Shown here in pieces: positions 44,296 through 52,270 of a stretch of 64,000 nucleotides of DNA; the stretch's first letter is position 1, and each line of letters begins with the position of its first letter. The stretch covers positions 1,472,237-1,536,236 of the forward strand of contig OZ244836.1 in NCBI GenBank assembly GCA_965220645.1, written 5' to 3'. The notes below the pieces were generated by a model, which saw nothing but the letters and a program-made list of their open reading frames with translations, did not search any database and had not been told where the DNA came from. Source of the DNA: Candidatus Aldehydirespirator sp. Lineage in GTDB: Bacteria > Actinomycetota > Acidimicrobiia > Acidimicrobiales > Aldehydirespiratoraceae. Both the position numbers and the translations under genes were made by a program.

Positions 44296-44352
44296 GGTTT
44301 GAGGGTATCCGCAGCAAGTGACAGCGCTGGCTCAACAGCTGCGCTGAGCCTC

Positions 44353-45021
44353 TCAGAACAATCTCAACTCCGGTGACTCGATGCCCCGCAGCTCGTCGTA
44401 GTCAACCTCTACGCAGTCGATGGACCGGTCGGCTGCCAGCACCTTGGCCTGAGGCTTGATGGTCCGGGCCACGAACACGCCGCGAACGGGCGCCAGGGTC
44501 GGGTCGGAGTTCAGGTAGTGCAGGTACCGGGTCAGCTGCTCCACGCCGTCGATCTCGCCGTTGCGCTTCACCTCCACGGCCACCGCCTTGCCCGAGGCGT
44601 CGCGGCACAGCAGGTCCACAGGGCCGATGGCCGTGGGGAACTCCCGCCGCACCAGGGTGAAGCCACCCTCGATGGTGTCCGGATTCTGTGCGAGGAGCTT
44701 CTGCATCTGCGCCTCCACGCCGTCCTTCTGCAGGCCGGGATCAGTGCCCATCTCGTGGGTGCTGTTGTGGAGGATCTCCTCGATCGTGATCACCAGCGAG
44801 TCGCTGCGGCCCGGAGCGGAAACCCGCCACACTCCGGCCTCTTCGTCGATCACCAGCCGGTTGGGGGCATTCATCCAGTTGAGCGGCTTGTAGGCGCCCC
44901 CGTCGGCGTGGACGGCCACGCAGCCGTCGGCCTTCACCATGATGAGGCGGACGGCCGAGGGCAGGTGGGCCTGCAGGCGACCGTCGTAGTCGACGGTGCA
45001 GCGGGCGATGACAAGGCGCAC
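44353..45021 (-). CDS. nucS: endonuclease NucS (EndoMS)
   Basis: Tail of ORF 44353..45255, from the GTG at 45021 ([33 protein letters not shown]...[11 protein letters not shown]...VEVKR). Confidence 0.9.
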   Translation of the reverse strand: MRLVIARCTVDYDGRLQAHLPSAVRLIMVKADGCVAVHADGGAYKPLNWMNAPNRLVIDEEAGVWRVSAPGRSDSLVITIEEILHNSTHEMGTDPGLQKDGVEAQMQKLLAQNPDTIEGGFTLVRREFPTAIGPVDLLCRDASGKAVAVEVKRNGEIDGVEQLTRYLHYLNSDPTLAPVRGVFVARTIKPQAKVLAADRSIDCVEVDYDELRGIESPELRLF

Positions 45022-45151
45022 TCCGGCCAAGGTACCCGACGTCGCGCGCTCAGATGCCCGCGCCGGCCACACCGTGCCGCGCGACGGCAACTGATTGCCT
45101 GTGGTAGGGGCACGCTGACCTGCAGCCGCGGCCGGGTGGCATACTCTGCCG

Positions 45152-45904
45152 GTGGATCTTGCTGGCCGGACGGCACTGGTAACCGGGGGAGCCAAGCGGG
45201 TCGGCCAGGGTATCACCCTGACCCTGGCCCGGGCCGGTGCCAACGTGGTGATCAACTACAACACGTCGGCTGACGAGGCTCGCCGTACCGCGGCCGACGC
45301 CGAGGCGCTGGGGGTGCAGGCCCTGCCGGTGGCGGCCGACGTCACCGACGACGGCCAAGTCCAGGCCATGGTCACCGCCGCAACCGACCGCTTCGGTACC
45401 ATCGACGTACTCGTCAACAACGCCTCCACCTTCGCCTTCGGCGAGTTCCCGACGGACGACCTGACCGTGTGGCACCGGTCGATCGACACGCTCGTCCACG
45501 GCCCCTTCTACTGCGCCAACCGGGTGGCGCCGGTCATGCTGGCCAACGGCGGGGGAGTGATCGTCAGCATCGGCGACCTGAGCGCGTTCGAGCCCTGGCC
45601 CGGGTTCGCCGGTCACGCCGTCGGGAAGGGCGCGATCATCTCCCTGACCCGGCAGCTGGCCCTGGAGCTGGCTCCCACCATCAGGGTCAACGCGGTGGTG
45701 CCCGGCCCGGCTCTGCGCCCAGCCGACTATGACGACGCCACCTACCAGCGGGTGGCCGACGAGACGCTGGTCGGGCGGTGGGGAACTCCCGAGGAGATGG
45801 GCCAGGCGGTCCAGTTCCTCATCGCAGCCGACTACATCACGGGTGAGGTCCTCACCGTGGACGGCGGCCAGCGCTACGGGCACCGCAAGCACGCCCACGG
45901 CTGA
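45152..45904 (+). CDS. SDR family oxidoreductase
   Basis: ORF 45152..45904. Motifs: [25 protein letters not shown]. Confidence 0.85.
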   Translation: MDLAGRTALVTGGAKRVGQGITLTLARAGANVVINYNTSADEARRTAADAEALGVQALPVAADVTDDGQVQAMVTAATDRFGTIDVLVNNASTFAFGEFPTDDLTVWHRSIDTLVHGPFYCANRVAPVMLANGGGVIVSIGDLSAFEPWPGFAGHAVGKGAIISLTRQLALELAPTIRVNAVVPGPALRPADYDDATYQRVADETLVGRWGTPEEMGQAVQFLIAADYITGEVLTVDGGQRYGHRKHAHG

Positions 45905-45952
45905 CTCCGGTTGTGCTTGCATGAGCCCAGTCGCGGTCGTCTGAGCCCGGTC

Positions 45953-46933
45953 ATGGTTGCCGCCGGGGTCCACATCGTGCCGCTGATGCCGCCGGGCGAT
46001 GTGATCTCGGTGGCCGTGGAGGCGGAGCGGCTCGGGTACGACTACTGCCTGGTGGCTGACGAGGGGTTCCATCCCGACGTCTACGCCTGCCTGGGGGCCA
46101 TCGCCCGCGCCACCGACCGGATCACCCTTGGCGTGCTTACCAATTGCTACACCCGCCATCCGGCGGTGACCGCCGCCGCGGCCGCCACCGTGAACGAACT
46201 TTCCGGGGGTCGGCTGGTGGTCACCCTGCTGGCCGGGGGGTCGATGGTGCTCAGCCCGATGGGAATCGAGCGAGCCCGCCCGGCCCGGGTGGTGGCCGAC
46301 TCCATGGAAGCGTTGAGGCGGCTGTGGTCGGGCGAAGAGGTGAGCTGGAGGGGCGAGACCTGTTCCCTCGACCGGGCCCGACTCGGCATGGGTCCCCAGA
46401 GCATTCCCATCTGGATCGCCAGCCGGGGCCCCCGCCTGCTCGAGCTGGCCGGACAGCAGGCCGACGGAGTGATCCTCACGGTCAAGCCCGATCTCGGAGC
46501 GGCTCTCAGCCTCGTCGAGGAGGCTGCGGCCAAGGTGGGCCGCGCCGATCCCCGTCGCTTCTACCTGGGGCGGATCTGCTACACGCAGGAGCTCCTTGAG
46601 GGCCAGCGCCGCACCCTGTCGTTCGTGCTGATGGACTCGCCCCGCCGGGTACTGGAGTCGCTGGGTCTCAGCCCCGAAGAGATCATGGTCGTCGAGCACG
46701 CCGCCGGCGCCAACCAGCCCGAGCTCGTGGACGAGCTGGTGACCGGCGACCTTCTCCGGCGCTACCAGGTGTCCGGCACACCCACCGAGTGCCGGGCCGA
46801 GGTCGAGCAACTGGCTCGCCGGCACAGTCTGAGCGGTGTGCTGATCGACGCGCTGTCGTCCGATCTCGGCGAGAACCTCGCTGTGTTGGAAGAGTCCCTG
46901 CCCATCATCCACGCCCAGAGGCCGAGCGGGTAG
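45953..46933 (+). CDS. LLM-class (F420/methylene-H4MPT-reductase-like) oxidoreductase
   Basis: ORF 45911..46933, trimmed to the ATG at 45953 (MVAAGVHIVPLMPPGDVISVAVEAERLGYDYCLVADEG). The last five codons (QRPSG*) lie inside repeat copy C. Confidence 0.8.
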   Translation: MVAAGVHIVPLMPPGDVISVAVEAERLGYDYCLVADEGFHPDVYACLGAIARATDRITLGVLTNCYTRHPAVTAAAAATVNELSGGRLVVTLLAGGSMVLSPMGIERARPARVVADSMEALRRLWSGEEVSWRGETCSLDRARLGMGPQSIPIWIASRGPRLLELAGQQADGVILTVKPDLGAALSLVEEAAAKVGRADPRRFYLGRICYTQELLEGQRRTLSFVLMDSPRRVLESLGLSPEEIMVVEHAAGANQPELVDELVTGDLLRRYQVSGTPTECRAEVEQLARRHSLSGVLIDALSSDLGENLAVLEESLPIIHAQRPSG

Positions 46934-47016
46934 GCCGCAATGCGTAGGAGTCTTAGCGGTGTCCTCAGCGAGGCCGTGGCCCGAGCGGCCCGTGAGCGCA
47001 GCGAACAAGAGCGGGA
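46917..47016 (+). repeat. dispersed ~100-nt element, copy C (upstream of the aldolase start)
   Basis: 5' box at 46917-46929 and core at 46971-47016. An inverted 9-nt copy of the box (CGCTCGGCC) lies at 47065-47073. Confidence 0.9.
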
Positions 47017-47088
47017 AGCACCGCGTCGCATCGCGGTGAGGCATCACCAAAGCCGCGTGTCTGACGCTCGGCCGTAGCATTTGCTGCC

Positions 47089-47868
47089 ATGGCCTCTCGA
47101 CGCCTCCACCGCATCTTCGGCCCCGACGGGCGCACAGTGATCATCGCCTTGGACCATGGATTGATCGACGGCCCCTGTGCGGGCTTCGAGCGGCCGGCCG
47201 AGACCATCTCGGCGATTGTGGCGGGCGGTCCCGACGCGGTGTTGACCTCCTACGGCATTGCCGAGAACTTCGCGGCCGAGTTGAGCGGCGTCGGGCTGAT
47301 CCTGCGCAGCGACGGGTCCGTGAGCAATCTCGGCTCGCCCAGCACCGGCTCGGTGGGTCAGTTCTTCGGGGCCGCCGAGGCGCTCCGGGTGGGCGCCGAC
47401 GCCCTGGCCGTGACCGCCCTGCCTGGTTCGGCCGCAGAAGCGGACACTCTTCGCAACCTCGCCCTCACCATTGGTGAGGCCCATCGCCGGGGCCTGCCCG
47501 TCATGGCTGAGATGGTGCCCGGCGGCTTCGACTCGCCGCCCGAAATGCGAGGCGCCGACGCGGTGGCCACCGCGGCCCGCCTCGGCGCCGAACTGGGCGC
47601 CGACTTCATCAAGGCGCCCTACTGCGAGGACTACGCCCGGGTGACCTCATCGACGTTCGTTCCCGTGGTGATCCTTGGGGGATCCAAGGGCTCGGAGGCT
47701 GCCACCCTGGCCAACATCCGGGCCGCCCTCGACGCGGGCGCGGCCGGCGTGGCCATGGGGCGCAACGTCTTCCAGAGCGCCAACCCCACGGCCATGACCC
47801 GGGCCGTGGTCGCCGTCGTGCATGCCGACGCCAGCGTCGAGGAAGCCCTAGCCATCCTGAAAGGATGA
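47089..47868 (+). CDS. class I aldolase of the DhnA/FbaB/LsrF family
   Basis: ORF 47089..47868. Segments [32 protein letters not shown] (Schiff-base Lys context), [14 protein letters not shown]. Confidence 0.85.
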   Translation: MASRRLHRIFGPDGRTVIIALDHGLIDGPCAGFERPAETISAIVAGGPDAVLTSYGIAENFAAELSGVGLILRSDGSVSNLGSPSTGSVGQFFGAAEALRVGADALAVTALPGSAAEADTLRNLALTIGEAHRRGLPVMAEMVPGGFDSPPEMRGADAVATAARLGAELGADFIKAPYCEDYARVTSSTFVPVVILGGSKGSEAATLANIRAALDAGAAGVAMGRNVFQSANPTAMTRAVVAVVHADASVEEALAILKG

Positions 47869-47956
47869 CCCGGGTGGCCCTTCCCATCATCGGGCTGTCA
47901 CATCCCCGGTGTTACTCTCACCCCGTGCAGTAATCCTCCATAACTCAGGAGGTTCA

Positions 47957-48205
47957 ATGACCATGGCGGCAGAACAGTTGCGGACTAACGAGGCCGCCTA
48001 CGAGAAGGACTACCGAGAGCAGTTGGAGCGTGACCACCACGGCAAGACAGCGCTGATGCACGACGGCAAGGTCGTTGACGTATACGACGACCCAAACGAC
48101 GCCTACGTGACCGGCTACGAGAGGTGGGGTTTGGGCGGCTTCTCCATGAAGGAGATCGGTCGGGAACCCATCGAGTTGGGCATCTTCTCAGCCAGCCTTG
48201 CCTGA
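47957..48205 (+). CDS. small hypothetical protein (82 aa, DUF5678-like by eye)
   Basis: ORF 47909..48205, trimmed to the ATG at 47957, which has AGGAGG 5 nt upstream. Contains HGKTALMHDGKVVDVYDDPNDAY. GC is lower than in the flanking genes. Confidence 0.5.
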   Translation: MTMAAEQLRTNEAAYEKDYREQLERDHHGKTALMHDGKVVDVYDDPNDAYVTGYERWGLGGFSMKEIGREPIELGIFSASLA

Positions 48206-48369
48206 GAGCGTCTATTGCGCTCATTTGAAGTTGCCGACGCCAGAATTCTGGTGGAGGTCGATTGCGAGGTGCCGCCCGGCGGCTCGCAGAGCCGGTTCAT
48301 CCTCGTCCACTACGACATCACCATCAGCGGCGGGGAATGCACGATTACTGCTCCCACGCCTGCCCATTG

Positions 48370-49608
48370 ATGCCGCCGCACCCGCACGAACGACTTCATC
48401 AGCACCGGAACGAGGTCGTTCTGGGGTTGGATGCGGGCACCACTTCGGCCAAGGCCGTGGTCGTCGACGGGGCGGGTGAGATCCTGGCCACCGCCGGATC
48501 GGATTCCATTGCCACCCGCTCCACACCGGCCGGCGGCAGCGAGCAGGACCCCGAAGAGATCTGGCAGGCCCTGACAAGCGTGGGCCGGCGGGCGGTAGAC
48601 GACCTCGGAACCGGCGTCCGGGTGGCGGCGCTGGCTGTGGCCGCGCAGAGCGGATCGGTGATCCCGGTTGTTGCTGGAGGACGCGCCGAGCGGGCCATCA
48701 CCTGGATGGACACACGATCCAGGTCTGTGGTGCAGAGCTGGTCGCGCGAGGTCAGGGACCGGATCCGGACTCTCAGCGGCTGGGTGCCCGCATCCGGGGC
48801 GGGGCTGTCGACCGTGGCCTGGTTGCAGGAGGCCGGTTCGGTCCGGCATAGGGAACGGGATTCGGCCGCGGTGGACCGCTGGGCCTCAGTGGACGACTAC
48901 CTAGTGTTCCGTCTGACCGGGCAGTGGGCCACCAACCCGTCAAACGCGTCCGGCATGCAGCTGATGGAGGTTTCGACCCGCACCTGGAGCCCCGAGTTGT
49001 GCCGCGTCGCCGGAATCGATCCAGGGGTGCTCTCGACGATCCTGGAGTCCGGCTCGGCTGCGGGGGCGCTGGCGGGCGGGGCCGCCGCGGCGCTGGGCTT
49101 GGATACCGGCGCGCCGGTTGTGATGGGCGGCCACGACCAGGCCTGCGCCGCCCTCGGGCTAGGCGCTGTCGACCCAGGCGACGTGTTCTTGTCGGCCGGC
49201 ACGGCATGGGTCTTGACCATCGTCACCGACCGCGCAGATGTCGCAGCCCTTCCCCCCGGGCTGAACCTCAGTCCCCATGTCGTGCCGGGACGCTGGACCG
49301 CGTCCACGAACCTCGGAGGGCTGGGAGCGTTGATTGCCCGGAGCTCTCCTGGCAGCGCTCCAGCCGCCTTCGAGACCTGTGCTGACAAGGTGCGCCAGGC
49401 TCTTGAAGGGGTGGGCGAGATGGCCGACGGTGGCGCCGAGATTGTGATGGTGGGGGGCGGAACCCGGTCCGGCGCGCTGATCGAGATGATCGCTGACGCC
49501 GTCGACCGGCCCGTGGTCGCACGGCCCGAAGCCAGCTGGCCGGCCCTCGGTGCGGCCCGGCTGGCCGCAGCAGGTTTAGGGTGGACGACCGGGGGAGAAG
49601 CAACGTGA
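48370..49608 (+). CDS. FGGY-family carbohydrate kinase
   Basis: Tail of ORF 48262..49608. N-terminus VVLGLDAGTTSAKAVVVD, then GGHDQACAALG, and C-terminal VGGGTRS. The start is the ATG at 48370 or at 48337. Confidence 0.8.
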   Translation: MPPHPHERLHQHRNEVVLGLDAGTTSAKAVVVDGAGEILATAGSDSIATRSTPAGGSEQDPEEIWQALTSVGRRAVDDLGTGVRVAALAVAAQSGSVIPVVAGGRAERAITWMDTRSRSVVQSWSREVRDRIRTLSGWVPASGAGLSTVAWLQEAGSVRHRERDSAAVDRWASVDDYLVFRLTGQWATNPSNASGMQLMEVSTRTWSPELCRVAGIDPGVLSTILESGSAAGALAGGAAAALGLDTGAPVVMGGHDQACAALGLGAVDPGDVFLSAGTAWVLTIVTDRADVAALPPGLNLSPHVVPGRWTASTNLGGLGALIARSSPGSAPAAFETCADKVRQALEGVGEMADGGAEIVMVGGGTRSGALIEMIADAVDRPVVARPEASWPALGAARLAAAGLGWTTGGEAT

Positions 49609-50612
49609 CCAGACCTATTGTCGCTATCACGATTGGCCGGTCCCACTACCGGCGAATGTTCAGCGACACCGCCTTGGCCGATCTGGCCGACGCGGCTCAC
49701 GTCGTCCACCACTCCGGAGGCGAGCCCGCCTCCAAGCAGGACTTGCTGGCCGTCCTGGGCGAGGCCGATGCATGCATCACCAGCTGGGGAGTGGCCCCCC
49801 TGGATGCCGACGTCGTGGCGGCCGCGTCCCGACTGGGGCATATGGCCCACATGGGCGGCAGCGTGAAGCGCTTCGTGTCCGCGGCGGTGTGGGAGCGGGG
49901 CATCCGGGTCACCAGCGCCGCGATCACTCTGGCCCGGGACGTGGCCGAGACCACCCTCGGCCTGATGATTGTGGGCCGCAAGCGCATCTGGCCCCTGGGA
50001 AACCATGTGCGCGACGGCGGCTGGCGGAACAGTCCGGTTTGGGACCGGTGGGACGCCCGGGAGCTCAACCGTTCGACGGTGGGCCTGATCGGCGCCGGCA
50101 ATGTCGGCCGCCATGTGGTCGAGCTGCTTGCTCCCTTCTCGGCGACCATCCTGGTGGCCGACCCGTATCTGAGTGACGAGGACGCGGCCGGACTCGGAGT
50201 GGAAAGGGTTGAGCTGGCGGAGCTGATGGATCGCAGCGATGTCGTGTCCATCCATGCCCCGGACACTGATCAGACCCGGCACATGATCGGTGCCGAGCTG
50301 TTGAGCCGCTTGCGCGACGGCACCGTGCTGATCAACACGGCCCGGGGCAGCATCATCGACGAGGCGGCCCTGGTCGACGAGCTGTCCACCGGCCGCATCT
50401 TCGCCTTCCTCGACGTGACCGACCCGGAACCGCCGGCACCCGACAGCCCGCTGCGTTCATTGGAGAACGTGGTGGTCACGCCACACATCGCGGGCTGTAT
50501 CGAGAACTGCCACCGCATGGGGGAGATGGCCGTCGAGGAGGTCCGCCGCTATCTCGCCGGCCGGCCGGCCATCAACGAGGTCCGCCCCGACATCCTCGAC
50601 CAAATCGCCTAG
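49605..50612 (+). CDS. D-isomer-specific 2-hydroxyacid dehydrogenase family protein
   Basis: ORF 49581..50612, trimmed to the GTG at 49605 (GTGA overlap with the kinase stop). Motifs: VGLIGAGNVGRHV, NTARG, TPHIAG. Confidence 0.85.
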   Translation: MTRPIVAITIGRSHYRRMFSDTALADLADAAHVVHHSGGEPASKQDLLAVLGEADACITSWGVAPLDADVVAAASRLGHMAHMGGSVKRFVSAAVWERGIRVTSAAITLARDVAETTLGLMIVGRKRIWPLGNHVRDGGWRNSPVWDRWDARELNRSTVGLIGAGNVGRHVVELLAPFSATILVADPYLSDEDAAGLGVERVELAELMDRSDVVSIHAPDTDQTRHMIGAELLSRLRDGTVLINTARGSIIDEAALVDELSTGRIFAFLDVTDPEPPAPDSPLRSLENVVVTPHIAGCIENCHRMGEMAVEEVRRYLAGRPAINEVRPDILDQIA

Positions 50613-50620
50613 ATCCATTA

Positions 50621-50661
50621 TTGACGTAGTTGTAGCCCTATAGGCCACACAACTACATCAA
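50621..50661. repeat. 41-nt AT-rich palindromic element E2 (related to E1; possible bidirectional terminator)
   Basis: TTGACGTAGTT-GTAGCCCTATAGGCCACAC-AACTACATCAA. It lies between convergent genes that end at 50612 (+) and 50686 (-). Confidence 0.85.
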
Positions 50662-50685
50662 TTTCGGGTTGGCGAGCCTCTCCCG

Positions 50686-51465
<780 letters not shown>

Positions 51466-51514
51466 CGTGCGACCCTACCAGTACCGCGAATTGCCGTTGA
51501 CAGCTGGCTGCTTC

Positions 51515-52270
51515 TTACGCGGTCGCTAGCGCGGCGAGCACCGGGCCGGCCAGTTCGGGGCGGCAGATCACCAGGTCGGGCAGGTAGACGTCGGGCTGGT
51601 TGTAGCGAAGCCTGGAACCGTCGAGCCGGCTAGCGACGCAGCCTGCCGCCTTCGCCACCGCCGCCGGAGCGCACGAGTCCCATTCGTACTGGCCGCCGGA
51701 ATGAACGTAGACATCGGCGGAGCCCCGCACCACGGCCATCGACTTCGCGCCGGCCGACCCCAGCGGCACGACGTCGGCACCGAGCGCGGCGGCCACCGTC
51801 TCGGCCTGCTCCGGGGGCCGTGAACGCGACACGACCAGCCGGGGCGGCCCGTCTCGACCTGGGGGAAGCCGGGGAGGGTCGGCCGTCGAGAGGGTCAGCC
51901 CCAGACCGGGCAGGGCCACGGCCCCCGCTACCGGACGCTCGTCGACTACGAGGGCCACATGCACCGCCCAGTCGGTACGGCCCGTTTCGGAGAACTCCCG
52001 GGTGCCGTCGAGCGGGTCGATCACCCACACCCGCTCGGCCTCGAGCCGGGCTGCGTCGTCGGCGCCCTCCTCCGACAGCACCGCATCGGCAGGGCGGGCC
52101 GCGGCCAGCTCGCCAGCCAGCATCTCGTGAGCCCGGCGGTCGCCCTCAGCTCTCAGCACGGCCGCGGGCGCTCCGTCGGAGACCAGCCTTTCCCGCAGCT
52201 CGATCAGCAGCTCTCCTGCACGGTGGGCGAGGTCTGCCGCCAGCCGGTGGTCATGGGCGGTGGGGGTCAG
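51515..52270 (-). CDS. cysQ: 3'(2'),5'-bisphosphate nucleotidase CysQ / inositol monophosphatase family; start codon uncertain
   Basis: ORF 51515..52159 (WVIDPLDGTREF, WDSCA). The same frame stays open upstream and encodes the family's N-terminal helix (DHRLAADLAHRAGELLIELRERL), but it has no ATG, GTG or TTG. A CTG at 52268-52270 overlaps the kgd stop (CTGA). Confidence 0.7.
   Translation of the reverse strand: MTPTAHDHRLAADLAHRAGELLIELRERLVSDGAPAAVLRAEGDRRAHEMLAGELAAARPADAVLSEEGADDAARLEAERVWVIDPLDGTREFSETGRTDWAVHVALVVDERPVAGAVALPGLGLTLSTADPPRLPPGRDGPPRLVVSRSRPPEQAETVAAALGADVVPLGSAGAKSMAVVRGSADVYVHSGGQYEWDSCAPAAVAKAAGCVASRLDGSRLRYNQPDVYLPDLVICRPELAGPVLAALATA

Noticed and set aside
22938-50661. 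E1 and E2 as the terminal inverted repeats of a 27.7-kb mobile element.
   Set aside because: The enclosed genes are core housekeeping genes (topoisomerase, mca, nucS, VanW, LLMs) with native GC. There is no integrase or transposase at either end.
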